Positions 51,186-63,768 are shown, counted from the first letter of the stretch. The stretch: DNA of 64,000 bases from Dictyostelium discoideum (GCA_000004695.1 CM000151.3:2176001-2240000), one strand, 5' to 3'. The notes: generated by a model not told the origin, from the sequence alone. Translations and numbers: made by a program.

Positions 51186-52208
51186 ATGTTGAATGAAGAA
51201 TTATTACCAATTTGGTTAGATCACGACTGCGGACATGATGATGCGTTTGCCATGTTATTAGCATTTCATTCAAAAATATTTAATATTTTAGGTATTTCAA
51301 GTGTTCATGGTAATCAAACAGTTGATAAGACTACCATTAATGCATTGATAACATTGGAAATCATTGGTAAATCAAATTGTGGTTATGAAGTTGTCAAAGG
51401 TGTTAGATCACCAATGTGTAGACCTGAACAAGTATGTTCTGAAATTCATGGTGAAACAGGATTAGATTGTCCAACTGCTGAATTACCAAAACCAACCCAA
51501 CTACCAATTACAGATAGACCTGCAATTCAAGTTATGTTTGAAAAGATATCAAAATTCTATACTGATAATCAACAAAAACAAAAAGTTATAATCGTTGCAA
51601 CAGGTTCATTAACAAATGTTGCCTTGCTATTCGCAGTTTACCCACAAATAAAACCAATGGTAGAAGTCTCATTATTGGGTGGCTCAATTAATTTTGGTAA
51701 TATCTCACCAGCTGCAGAGTATAACATTTTAGTGGATCCTGAAGCTGCAAAAGTGGTTTTCGAAAGTGGTGTCAAGGTCATTATGGTGCCGTTGGAATGC
51801 TCCCATAAGGCATTAGTTAATGAAAAGATTTTAGAAAGAATTTCAGATATTGAAAAAGCAGATGGTAAACAAACTCAATTCATAAAGATTATCAAAGGTT
51901 TATTATTGTTTTTCGCAGATAATTATAAGAGTACATTCGATTTTGATCATCCACCATTACACGATCCATTGGCTGTAGCTTATTTAATTGATCCAACCAT
52001 TTTCAAATGTAAATTAATGAGAGTTGATATTGAAACTTCCTCTCATCTTTGTTTGGGTAGAACTGTTGTAGATTTATTCAGTATGTCAAAATTACAAAAA
52101 AATGTTCACGTTTGTACTGACATAAATGTCGATAAGTTTTGGGATTTAATGATTAATGCAATTGATAATTGTTATAATCATTTATATAAATCAAATATTT
52201 TAAAATAA
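51186..52208 (+). CDS. Inosine-uridine-preferring nucleoside hydrolase family protein (340 aa, single exon)
   Basis: The N-terminal Ca2+-binding aspartate cluster is DHDCGHDDAFAM (the DXDXXXDD hallmark). Typical IU-NH blocks follow: VATGSLTNVALLF, LLGGSINFGNISPAAEYNILVDPEAA, DPLAVAYLIDP. Confidence 0.85.
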   Translation: MLNEELLPIWLDHDCGHDDAFAMLLAFHSKIFNILGISSVHGNQTVDKTTINALITLEIIGKSNCGYEVVKGVRSPMCRPEQVCSEIHGETGLDCPTAELPKPTQLPITDRPAIQVMFEKISKFYTDNQQKQKVIIVATGSLTNVALLFAVYPQIKPMVEVSLLGGSINFGNISPAAEYNILVDPEAAKVVFESGVKVIMVPLECSHKALVNEKILERISDIEKADGKQTQFIKIIKGLLLFFADNYKSTFDFDHPPLHDPLAVAYLIDPTIFKCKLMRVDIETSSHLCLGRTVVDLFSMSKLQKNVHVCTDINVDKFWDLMINAIDNCYNHLYKSNILK

Positions 52209-52581
52209 AAAATAAAAAATAAAAAATAAAAATAAAAATAAAATAATTTATTTATTTATTTTATTTTTAAAATTAATTTGATATTTTTTTTTTTTTTTTT
52301 TTTTATTATTCAATTAAAATATATTTTTTAAAAAAAACAGGTAAAAAATAAAAATAAAAAAATAAAAAAATAAAAAAAGAATTTATTATAATTTGTTGTA
52401 TACTTACTTTAATTAAAGTTAATTGGGTATTTTTTAAATTTATTTATTTTTTTTTTATTTTTTTTTTTATTTTTTTTAAATTCGACAACAAGCGCCAAAT
52501 TCTTTTTTTATTTTTTTATTTTTTTATTTTTATTTTTTTCATTTTCCAAAGCAACAAATAAATTAAATAAATAAATTAAAG

Positions 52582-53156
52582 ATGGTTAAAGATGATAATA
52601 TGAAAGATATTGAAGATGATCATGAAGATGAACATGAAGAAGAGGAAGAACATGAAGAAGAGGAAGAACATGAAGATGAGCATGAGGAAGAGGAAGAAGA
52701 ACATGAAGAAGAGGATGGTGGAGAAAAAACTAAAAGTAAAAATAAAGATAAAGATAATACAAATGATGAAAAAAAGAAATCAAAAAGACGTACACGTGTT
52801 GAAGGTGATATTCAATTACCAGTTGCAAGAATTAAAAGAATAATGAGATGTGATAAAGATGTTAAAATAATTTCTTCTGATGCTGTTATGTTAGTTGCAA
52901 AATCGACTGTAATTATTAATTTATTTATTTCAATTTATCTATTTAAAATTAATAAAATAATCAATTTTTAACATATTTAATATATTTTTATTTTTATATT
53001 ATTTAGGAAATGTTTTTAGATTATTTAGTCAAAGAAGCATATAAATCAAGTGGCAAAAAGAAGACTTTACAATATAAAGATTTAGCTTCAACAATTAAAG
53101 GTGTAGATAATTTAGACTTTTTATCAGAGATTATACCTGAAAAAGTTTCAATATAA
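52582..53156 (+). CDS. drap1: NC2-alpha/DRAP1-like histone-fold (CBF/NF-Y type) transcription regulator. Two exons: 52582..52908, 53007..53156; about 158 aa
   Basis: An acidic His/Glu-rich N-terminal tract is followed by the histone fold QLPVARIKRIMRCDKDVKIISSDAVMLVAKST|EMFLDYLVKEAYKSSGKKKTLQYKDLASTIKGVDNLDFLSEIIPEKV. The junction is GTAATT/AG in phase 0. Confidence 0.8.
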
Positions 53157-53609
53157 TAATATAGTAATAATATTTATAATAAAAAAAAAAAAATAATAAA
53201 AAAAAAAAAAAAAAATTGTAAAAATTAAAACATATAGAAATTATAATTATGAAAAATCAATCCAGTTTTATCTTATTTTATTTTATTTTTAGATTCAATA
53301 GTAATAATAATAATAATAATAATAAAAACAATAATAATGTAAGAATAAACTCCCCCCACTAATTATGTTTGTGTTCACCTTTTTTTATTTTATTTTATTT
53401 TTTATTTTTATTTTTATTTTTATTTTTTTATTTAATTAAAGTGTTACAATTAATTTTTTTTATTTTTAATTTTTTAATTTTTTTTTTTTTTAAAGGTGGT
53501 AAATTACTTATTTTCATCCATACATCACAAATAAATAATAATTAATTTCTTTATCAATTATTTTTTTTTTTTTTGTTGTGAACAAAACAAAATTTAATTT
53601 CATTAAATA

Positions 53610-54747
53610 ATGAAAAAATATTCATTACTAATTTTAATATTGTTTATTAATTGTTCATTTTCTAAACTTACAGAAATTCAATATAGAAATGAATTTACAG
53701 CATGGATGACATCAAATCAAAGAACATATGCATCAAGTGAGTTTACTAATCGTTATAATACATTTAAATCAAATTTAGATTTTATAAATCAATGGAATTC
53801 CAAAGGTAGTAAAACAGTTTTAGCATTAAATGAATTTGCTGATATTTCAAATGAAGAATATAGAAAAAATTATTTAAGAAATGATAATAATATCAATAAA
53901 TTATCATCTTTATTAATTAATGATAAAGAAGATAAAGAAATTAAAAGTAGTAGTAGTAGTGGTAGTGGTAGTTCTGGAATTGATTGGAGAAAAAAAGGTG
54001 CAGTTCCTTCAGTAAAAAGTCAAATCGGTGGATGTGGTTCTTGGCCAATTACCGCAGTTGGTGCAACTGAAAGTGCTCATTTCTTAGCTAATCCAAAGGA
54101 CCCATTCATATCATTATCAATGCAAAATTTAATTGATTGTTCAAATTTAAATAAACAATGTTATCAAGGTACTGTTAATGAGTAAGTAATAATTATTATT
54201 ATTTTTATTTTTATTATTAAAATTAAATAAATGATTCTAATTATTATTTTTTTTTTAAAAAAACTATAATAATAATTATAGAGCATTTCAATATATTATT
54301 GAAAATGGTGGTATAGATAGTGAAGAATCTTATAAATTTAGTGGTGGTGAACCTGGAAAATGTAAATATAACTCTTCAAATTCTGTAGCTAAAATAACGT
54401 CATATGAAAAAGTTAAATCTGGTTCAGAATCATCATTAGAATCTGCTGTATCTCTTAAACCAGTTGCTGCTTATATTGATGCATCATTATCATCATTCCA
54501 ATTTTATTCTTCTGGTATTTATTATGAACCATCTTGTAATTCAACAGATTTAAATCATAGTATTTTAATAGTTGGTTTTTCTGATTTCTCAACAACACCA
54601 ACTGATTCTTTAAAACATTCCTCAAATTATTGGATCGTTCAAAATTCTTTTGGAAAAAATTGGGGTGAAAATGGTTATATCTTTATGAGTAAAGATAGAG
54701 ATGATAATTGTGGAATTTCAAAAATGGCAAGTTACGTTATTGTTTAA
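53610..54747 (+). CDS. Papain-family homologue with the catalytic Cys replaced by Ser (candidate pseudoprotease or Ser-variant hydrolase). Two exons: 53610..54181, 54282..54747
   Basis: The signal peptide and prodomain (EIQYRNEFTAWMTSNQRTYAS..FADISNEEYRKNY) are about 55% identical to the CP gene at 37072..37613. The mature start IDWRKKGAVPSVKSQIGGCGSWPITAVG aligns without gaps to ..[22 protein letters not shown], so the Cys25 position is Ser (TCT at 54039..54041) and the Cys22 position is Gly. His (DLNHSILIVGF) and Asn (NSFGKNWGENGY) are retained. The junction is GTAAGT/AG in phase 2 (..QGTVN E AFQYIIENGGIDSEESY). Confidence 0.75.
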
Positions 54748-55056
54748 AACATAAGTCTTTGAAAAAATAAAAATAATAAATAAAAATACATAGTAATTTT
54801 CATAAAAAAACAAAAAAGATATTATAGTTTGAGAAAACAGAAATGTGGTAATTCCAATCACAACTTTTTTTTTTTAAGATATTTTTTTTTTTATCATTTT
54901 TTTTATCAAAAAAAATATTCTGGTAATATTTTCAGAAAAAAAAAATGTTTTTTTTGTCGAAATTGTTGTTGTATTAAAATTTATAAAACATAAGGTGTCT
55001 CATATAAATTTTTTTAATTTTATGACCATTTTTTTTTTTTTTTTCAAAAATAATAT

Positions 55057-56793
55057 TTGCACATCTTTATTAAATATATGAATAATTCTAAATTTCCAAA
55101 TTATATTTATAAAACTATAATTAACTTTTTAATTGAATATAATTATAAACATAAACAATCATTAAAAGCATATAAAAACTTATTAAATTATAATAATGAA
55201 GTTATTCAACTTTCTCTAGTATCAAAAAAGTGGTTTGAGTTAGTGTCAATCTCTTTAAAAGAAATTTTAAAATTTAAAAATATTAAATTATTATCAAATT
55301 TAATAGATTATAAAAATATTAAAAATAAAAATAAAATAATTAATTATTCATTAAGTATTAATAATAATGATAATCACAACAATAATAATAATAATCAACC
55401 ATCTTTATTAAGAATTCATCAATATAAAAAAAGTAAACATATTAATAATTATTATAATATGCAACCAATTTATAAAAAAGTATTATTAGTTTCAAAAAAT
55501 CATCAAGATTCTATGGATATTATAAAATCGATTAAAAATTATCCACCAAATTATTTATTTAATATAAGAGTATCATCAAATGGACCTGCTTTTTTAGTGA
55601 ATCAATTTGGAAAATTAAAAGAATTTTTATTATTAAATATTGGTAATGATAATGATGAAGGATTGGAAATAATTGAAAATAATTTAAAACTAAATGTAAC
55701 AATAGATTCGATAGTAAAAGAAAAAACTACAACAACATCAACAATGGAAACTACAGAAAAATTATTATTAAATAGAATTAATAAAATTAAATTCTGTGGT
55801 AATTATTGTGGTAGTAATAGTTTTGATCCTACAGAAGTTTTTAAGAAATTAAGTGAATTAAACCCAAAGAGATTAGAATTTAATAGTTTTATGGAAAAAC
55901 CAATTACAAGACTCCCATTTGAAGTTTTTAATTTAAAATCATTAAAATCATTAAAAATAAATGATTCTTCTATTTTAGAACCAAGTTGTCTTTCAAAAAT
56001 TGATAATCAAACTACAAAATTAAAAAAGCTAACTACTTATTTACCATTTAATCTATATGTAGAAGCTTTTAATTCTAGAGATGATAACTATATTAAAGAG
56101 TATGGTTGGGGTCAACTCTTTGAAATATTATCAAATAATAGAACAATTAAAAAACTACATATTAAATATATTTTCTTATCATCAAGACGTTATTTAGATT
56201 ATATGAATGCTAAATGTATTGACCCATTTAAACAAAATACAAATAAATTAAACCAATATTTTAGTTTAATTTTTGATAATAATAATAATAATAATGGTAG
56301 TGGTAGTAGTGGTTGTATAATTGAAACTTTAATAATTGATAAATGGTATTTCATAAATTCAATACTTTATAATTCATTATCATTAAATAAATCAATTATA
56401 AATTTAAAATTATTTGACCAATTTGTTGAACCATTCTTTGAATTTGTTTTACCAATAAATAAAACAATTAGAAATTTATATTTAAAGAATCCAATACTTG
56501 GTAAAAAGAATTTATTTGATATTTTTAAAAAATATTTTAATTTAATTTTAAATTTATATTCAATTTCAATTGTATTTATAATTACAAAAGTAACATCAAC
56601 ATTTATTGAAAAACAAATTGATTTAATTAAAAATTATTATTTATCATTATCACAATCAGAAACTTCAAATTTAAAAGAAATTAATTTTTTAATAGATTAT
56701 AAAGGATTTAAATTAGAAAATAATAAAAAAATTATAAATTTTACTAAAGTTTATAATATTATAATTTCAAAAATACCAATAAATTTTGTATAA
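55057..56793 (+). CDS. Asn/Lys-rich hypothetical protein (578 aa) with a possible N-terminal F-box-like motif and LRR-like repeats
   Basis: A single long ORF runs from the ATG at 55057. The N-terminus ..EVIQLSLVSKKWFELVSISLKEIL.. resembles an F-box. Downstream there are L-rich repeats (LKSLKSLKINDSSILEPSCLSKIDNQTTKLKKLT..). This is a weak assignment. Confidence 0.45.
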   Translation: MHIFIKYMNNSKFPNYIYKTIINFLIEYNYKHKQSLKAYKNLLNYNNEVIQLSLVSKKWFELVSISLKEILKFKNIKLLSNLIDYKNIKNKNKIINYSLSINNNDNHNNNNNNQPSLLRIHQYKKSKHINNYYNMQPIYKKVLLVSKNHQDSMDIIKSIKNYPPNYLFNIRVSSNGPAFLVNQFGKLKEFLLLNIGNDNDEGLEIIENNLKLNVTIDSIVKEKTTTTSTMETTEKLLLNRINKIKFCGNYCGSNSFDPTEVFKKLSELNPKRLEFNSFMEKPITRLPFEVFNLKSLKSLKINDSSILEPSCLSKIDNQTTKLKKLTTYLPFNLYVEAFNSRDDNYIKEYGWGQLFEILSNNRTIKKLHIKYIFLSSRRYLDYMNAKCIDPFKQNTNKLNQYFSLIFDNNNNNNGSGSSGCIIETLIIDKWYFINSILYNSLSLNKSIINLKLFDQFVEPFFEFVLPINKTIRNLYLKNPILGKKNLFDIFKKYFNLILNLYSISIVFIITKVTSTFIEKQIDLIKNYYLSLSQSETSNLKEINFLIDYKGFKLENNKKIINFTKVYNIIISKIPINFV

Positions 56794-56917
56794 ATTTTTT
56801 TAAAAATAAAAATAAAAATAAAAACAAATAAACCTAAAATAATAATTTAAATATTCATTTTATTATTATTATTATTTTAAATAGTCTTTTTTTTTTATTT
56901 TTATTATTTTAAATTAT

Positions 56918-58810
56918 TTAATTTTCCCAATCACTATCGTCTTCATCATCTTCTTCATTTTCACCTAAATTTCCTCTTCGTTTAGCCATTGCTGCTGCTA
57001 ATGTATCTACTAATGAACGATTACCAGACTCACCTAATTGTAATTCTTTTAAATCTGGTAATGGTTCACTTGGATCTACTTTTTTTAAATGACTTGCACC
57101 TCCAAATCCTCTAATACTATCCATGAGATTTGAACGACCACTATCCAATGGTGGCATTGATGTGGGTGGTGCAGAGGTTGGTTTTGATATTGCTGGTGGT
57201 GGAGGTGGTACCATCGATGAATTATTTAATGAAATTGGTGCACTTGGTGGTGGTGGTGGAGGTGGTACCATCGATGAATTATTTAATGAAATTGGTGTTG
57301 GTTTTTCAATTGGTGATTGAATTGATGGTGCTGGTGGTAATGGTGATTTTGGATCAACTGGGGCAACTGGAATATGAGCTAATTGATCAGGCATTGGTGG
57401 TGGTGGTGGAGGCATTACATCACCCCCAACTTTATCAATAATAACTTGTGGTTGTTGAGTAGTTCTTTGAATAATTGGTGGTTGAACGACTGGTATTCTT
57501 TGTTGAGTTGGTGGTGTTGGTGGTAATCCTGGTCTTTTGGAAGTTGGTAACGGTGGTGGTGGAGATTGTAATTTTGTTTGTGAAGGTTGTTGTGATAAAT
57601 CTCTTCTTTGTCTTGGTGGAGGGGTTGGTTGTTTTCTTTGTGGAGTTACTTGTTGTGGTTGTTGTGGTTGTAGTGGTTTTTGTTGATAAAATTGATTATA
57701 ACCTTCTAAATTTTGTGGCTGTTGAGATGATTGATATACATATTGCTGTGGTGTTTCACCTTGGAAAGTGTATTCTTGAGGTTTTTGATTTTGTTGTTGG
57801 TAAACGTATTGTTGTACACCATTCGAAGTTGATTGCATTACTTGCTCCATTTGTTGTGGTGATGGACGTTTTTGTGTTGGTTGTAATGGTTCATCCAATT
57901 TATATTGTGATTTAAATTCTTGTTGGATCAATGGTTCGTTACTATTATATATTTGTTGCTGTTGTGGTTGTTGTGGTTGTGTTGGCTGTAGTGGCTCATC
58001 ATCTGGTTTCATGAAATTTTGATGAATTGGAATTGGTTTACCACCGATTGTAGTTGGTAATTTACCTCTAGTAGTATATGCTTGTTGTTGTTGTTGTTGT
58101 TGTGGTGGTTGTTGTTGAGCCATTTGTTTATATGGTTGTTGTGGTAATGGTTTATTAATTTGTTGGTGTTTTGGTAAAGGTCTAATTTCAGAACCAGGTT
58201 TTGGTGGAGGTACTCTTTGAGCACCCATTTTTTGAGTAGTTGATGTGGGTGGGGGTGGAGGTGGTGCTCTGGATCTAATTGGTTGTTGTTGTTGCTGTTG
58301 TTGTTGTTGCTGAGGAATATTGGTTTGCTGATATGGTGCTGTAGTTGTACCACCTGCCATACCTGCTTTTTGATTATTAATATTCTCACCTATTATACTA
58401 TAAATGAATTGAACAGTTTCTGGATTCTTTAAATCTTTTTTCTTTATACCTGCTGCTTGAAATAATTGTCTCCACTCTGGTGGAATATTTTTAATTTCAA
58501 AACCATTTTCTTTATCCCAACCTATATGAGATTCATGTTTAAAATCAGTTGGACCTGATATCTCCATACCTTTTTCTTCATTTCTATGTCTAGTTTTATC
58601 TAAAACTTTTTGAAAAAATCTACCATGTTTTTTTTTTGTTTCTAAAAAAAAAATAAAAAAAAAATAAATATTAATAATTAATAATAATAATAATAATAAA
58701 ATATAGAAATAGAAATATAGAAAAGAAATAAAAATAAAAAATTATTTTAATTTTAATAAAAATAAAAATAAAAAAAACTTACTTGGATTATGAGAGTCAA
58801 TTTCTGTCAT
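56918..58810 (-). CDS. WASP-family protein lacking a WH1/EVH1 domain (basic region, CRIB, long poly-Pro/Gln, WH2, central and acidic regions). Two exons: 58783..58810, 56918..58641; about 583 aa
   Basis: Exon 1 encodes MTEIDSHNP followed by a and a GTAAGT donor. Exon 2 encodes KTKKKHGRFFQKV.. (basic) then the CRIB EISGPTDFKHESHIGWDKENGFEI. The middle has PPPPP stretches and Q-rich runs. The C-terminus has the WH2 RSNLMDSIRGFGGASHLKKV, the central RSLVDTLAAAMAKRRG and the acidic EEDDEDDSDWEN with Trp. The junction is phase 1. Confidence 0.75.
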
Positions 58811-59863
58811 TTTAATTTATTATTATTATTTATTATTAATAATTAAACTTTTTTTTTCTATATAAATAATTTTATTACTATTATTATTTATTATTATTTT
58901 ATTTTTTTATACTATACTATGAAAATAATAGTTTGACATTTTCTCGTTTCAATGGGAGACCACTTTTTTTTTTTTTATTTTTTAAAATACCTTTTTTTAA
59001 TTTTTTTTTTTTTTTAAAAAGTTTTATCCAAAATAAGGAAAAACTAATTACTAAAAAATTTAAAAAAAATTTTTAAATAAAATAAAATAAAATTTTTAAA
59101 AAAAAAAAAAATAAAAAAATAAAAAAATAAAACAAAACAATAGTTTTATTTTTTAAACACAACCCTTAAATCCATGTAATGAATGAATGAGTTTGTTTAC
59201 ATAATTAAAAATTATTATTAATTATTAAATCATTTATTTATTTAAATTTTTTTTTTTTTTTTTTTTTAATTCATTATATATAATATGGGAGATATAAATG
59301 ATAAATAGTTTAAAAACAATTATAATTATAATTATAAATATATATTGTTTAATTTTTTAATTTCTTTTTTTTTTTCTTTTTTTTTATAATTATAAAATCA
59401 TGTTTTATATTTTTTTTTTATTTTTTTTTTATTTATACACTTTTATATTTTTTTTTTTATTATAATTATTTCAAAATATATAAAAGTGTTTAAAAAATAA
59501 AAAATAAATGCGAAATCGATTGTTAATATAATTTAGAATTCGTAATAAAATTCTGAATTATTAATAGCTCTTTTATTAGATTACCATATGAAATTTCTGA
59601 AATAATTTTATTTATAAATTCTTCATTTATTTCTAAAATTAAAAAATATCAAAAAAATTAAAATATAAAAATATAAAAAATAGATAATAAATTTTATTAT
59701 GTTTTTTTTTAATCATCACTATCATCATAAACTCTTTATTACCAAATTTAGATTGTAGAAAGCACCATAAAAAACCTAAAAAGTTATACATTTACAACAC
59801 AACATATAATACCAATTTTGTTATTTAATAATGAATGATTTTGTGTACATATTGTGCCCATTT

Positions 59864-59900
<37 letters not shown>

Positions 59901-60541
59901 ATTAAAATAATAATAAAAAAAAATTAAATTATTAAAAATTATCCCACTCCCTACACATAAAAAAAAAAAAAACAATACAAAAAAGAAAATAGATGACGGG
60001 ATTTGTTTGTTCAAAATTTGGTAAATTTGAGATTTGTTGTAATTGAATTAAATTTAAATTTAATTTATATTGAATTATTTATTTATAAAAAAGGAAAAAA
60101 AAACCTTCAAATAAAAGTAAATTTGTGATTTCAAAAAAAAAGAAAAAAAATTAAAAATTATTGTGATATCACTAATTATAATAAAAAAAATAAAAAAAAA
60201 AAAATTAATTACAAAACGGGGTGGGTGTAACTTTTTTTTTAATTATTTATATATTTATTTTTAATTATTATTTTATTTTATTTTTTTTTTTATTATATAC
60301 AAAAAATAAAAAATTTAAAATTATTATTATTATTTTTATTTTAAATATAATTACAATTTAAATTTTTTTTAATTGTTTAAAAAAAGGGTAATTATAAAAT
60401 ATCATATTTTTTTTAAAAAAAAAAAAAAAATCTATTAATTATTTTTTTTTTTTTTTAAACCAAATTTTTATTAACAATTATTTATTATTTATTTATTTAT
60501 TTATTAAAAGTCATCAAAAAAAAAAAAAAAAGAAATTTTTT

Positions 60542-60568
<27 letters not shown>

Positions 60569-60572
<4 letters not shown>

Positions 60573-61975
60573 ATTCAAATGAAGATGAATGTAAATTTAA
60601 ATTTAATGTTAACCAATATATTGAAGAAGAAGCAAAGAAATTACAAGCAGAATGGGATACAAATCCAAGATGGAAGGGAATTAAAAGAGAATATACTGCA
60701 GAGGATGTAATTCGTTTAAGAGGATCATTTAAGGAGGAGCATACATTAGCAAAGAAAGGTGCAGAGAAACTTTGGGATATGTTACATGAAAAAGATAATT
60801 GGGTACCAGCATTGGGTGCACTTTCTGGTAATCAAGCAGTTCAAATGGTACGTGGTGGTCTTAGAGCAATCTATTTAAGTGGATGGCAAGTTGCTGCCGA
60901 TAATAATACCTCTGGCCAAATGTATCCAGATCAATCATTGTATGCCGTAAATAGTGTACCTGAATTAGTTCGTAGAATTAATAATGCCCTTAGAAGACGT
61001 GATCAAATTGAAGTCAATGAAGGTAATCTTGAATTCCAATATCTTCCAACACCAATTGTTGCAGATGCAGAAGCAGGTTTTGGTGGCCCATTGAATGCCT
61101 ATGAACTTATGAGAAGTATGATCGAAGCTGGTGCATCAGGTGTTCATTGGGAAGATCAATTGGCAAGCGAAAAGAAGTGTGGTCATATGGGTGGTAAAGT
61201 ACTCATTCCAACATGTGGTCATATAAAGAATCTTACTGCCGCTCGTTTAGCATCCGATGTTATGGGAGTACCAACATTGATTGTAGCTCGTACCGATTCT
61301 TTGGGAGCTGGTTTGTTGATGAGTGATGTTGATGCACGTGATAAGAAATTCATCACTGGTAAACGTACTGTCGAGGGTTATTATCACTTGAATTGTGGTA
61401 TTGAGCAAGCCATTGAAAGAGCACTCAATTATGCACCCTATTGTGACTTGTTATGGTGTGAAACTTCAACACCATCCATTGAATTAGCCAAACAATTCGC
61501 CGATGCCGTTCATGAAAAATTCCCAGGTAAACTTTTAGCATACAATTGTTCACCATCTTTCCATTGGAAACAACATTTGAAACCAGATGAAATCGCCTCT
61601 TTCCAACGTCAACTCTCTGATTTGGGCTACAAGTTCCAATTCATCACTTTGGCTGGTTTCCATGCTCTCAATTTAACAATGTTTGAATTGGCAAAGGATT
61701 ACAAAAAGAATGCTATGACTGCCTATGTAAATCTTCAAGAGAAAGAATTCTCTTTAGAATCTGAAGGCTATACTGCAACTAGACATCAACGTGAAGTAGG
61801 TACTGGTTACTTTGATCAAGTTTCTCAAATTATCTCTGGTGGTCAATCTTCAACATTAGCTTTAGTAGGTTCAACTGAAGAAGAACAATTTGATGAACAT
61901 ATTGAAAAGAAAAAGAAAGTTGCTCATAATAATAATGGAAATAATAAAAACAAAGCTGCAAGTGTTCAAAACTAA
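60569..61975 (+). CDS. Isocitrate lyase (bacterial-type short form, 468 aa, intronless)
   Basis: The ICL signature is [14 protein letters not shown]. The sequence is collinear with E. coli AceA-type ICL ([32 protein letters not shown].., ..[29 protein letters not shown]..). It lacks the roughly 100-aa insertion typical of fungal and plant ICLs. A short N/K-rich tail is present. Confidence 0.85.
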
Positions 61976-62578
61976 TTAATTTTTATTTTAAAAAAAAATA
62001 CAAACAAAAGAAAAAAAAAAAATTCTATTTTCAAACTCAATATTACTAAAAATATTTTTTAGATTTTCCAACTTAAATATATATATACAAAATTAAAAAA
62101 TTAATAATTTAAAAAATAAAATAAAATAAATTTTTCCTTTATAATAAAAACCAAGTTTTATTTTTCTTATTTTTTATTTATTAAAATATAAATATTTTAT
62201 TAAAAAAAAAAAAATATATATTAACAAATCAATAATTTTCTTTTTATTTGTTAATAATTAATATAAAAATAAACTAATTTATCAATATTATAAAAATGAC
62301 CAATTTCAAAATTTTTAACTACCACAAAACTTGAAAATAACATTGTTAGTTAAACTTTTATGGTTTTAATATATATAAAAAAAGTTGGAATGAATTGAAA
62401 TTTCCTTAAAAAAAATTTTTTTTTTTTTGCCATATTAAGAAAGTAAAAATCATTTTCAATTTTATATTTTTTTTTTAAAAATAAATATATCAACCAATTA
62501 TAATTTACTATATATTTCAAAAAAATAAAAAATAAAATAAAATTCGTTTTAATAATTAATAAAACTAATATATTAAAA

Positions 62579-62613
<35 letters not shown>

Positions 62614-62712
62614 ATTAATAAATAATGGCAATTTTTAGTAAATTATTTTCTTTTTTTTTTATTTAATATTATTTTAAAAATAACTTTTTTATTAACAAAC
62701 TAAAATTATTTA

Positions 62713-62931
62713 TTATTTAATAGAATCAATTTCATCTATTTCGAATTCAACAGTCTCAATAGGGAGTACAATTGGTTCATCAAACCATACTAGATCAAAT
62801 ATTAATGGTAATTCAATTGCATGTTTTGATGGTGGTTTAGGTGGAAGCAATGGAGGTTTTAATTGTGGATGGGGTGGTATTGGTGGTTTTAATGGTGGCT
62901 GTGGTGTTGGTGGTTCAAACACCAATATCAT
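62713..62931 (-). CDS. Small Pro-rich ORF ([28 protein letters not shown]...), possible short gene or exon
   Basis: The region is GC-richer than its flanks (ccaccaacaccacagccaccattaaaaccacc). An in-frame stop lies immediately upstream, so it is not obviously spliced to the neighbouring gene, and I found no compatible donor in the 63128..63991 gene. Confidence 0.25.
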   Translation of the reverse strand: MILVFEPPTPQPPLKPPIPPHPQLKPPLLPPKPPSKHAIELPLIFDLVWFDEPIVLPIETVEFEIDEIDSIK

Positions 62932-62990
62932 AAACCTTGATATTGATATTGGTCGTCGTCATCGTCGTCATAGTTATTGTTGTTAATTAT

Positions 62991-63029
<39 letters not shown>

Positions 63030-63127
63030 ATAAACAAACAATAATAAAAATAAAATAATAAATATAAAAACAAATTTGAAAATATATAAAGTAATAAATA
63101 AATAGATTAATAAATAATTTTTTGTAA

Positions 63128-63232
63128 TTATATTATTGCTTGTTTAATTTTATTTTTCTTTTTTTGAATATGGTCAATTTGAATAAAAGTTAATAAATTA
63201 TTATTATCATTTGTTGTTGTTGTTGTTGTTAA

Positions 63233-63265
<33 letters not shown>

Positions 63266-63768
63266 TTGAAAAGTTATTAATGAAGTTGAAACTGTTGAAC
63301 GTATTTTATTTGAAAATTGAGAAGTATATGGTGGTACAAAAATTGAAGAAGTATTAACATGTTCCATTGGTGCTGGTGCTTCTTTTTCAACTGTTTTCAA
63401 TAACATTATATCTATTATTTCATTCTCTTCTTTTTCATTCAATATGATTGGTTGTTGTTGCTGCTGTTCTTTTTTATTTACTTCACCACCTTGACCAATG
63501 TTAAATATTGAATTTAATTTAGTTTCTAATAAATGTTTACCTTTAACTTTTCTTTCTGGACTAATTGAATTTGGGAAATTTGAAACACCAAATAATGTAC
63601 CTTTTTCAATTGATTTTAATAAACTTGGATAGGTTGAAATATTTTCATCAATATGTCCATCTTCATTAAAATTTGGTGGTATAAAATGACTATTATAATA
63701 ATAAGCTACACTATCGTCATTATTATTATTATTATTGTGGTTGTTGTTGTAGTTATCGTCAACAATAA

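Noticed and set aside
62350-62631. A 93-aa minus-strand ORF (MPLFINLFIYLFIYLF...)
   Set aside because: It is an AT-rich repeat translation ((ATAAATAA)n at 62581-62620) with no complex sequence.
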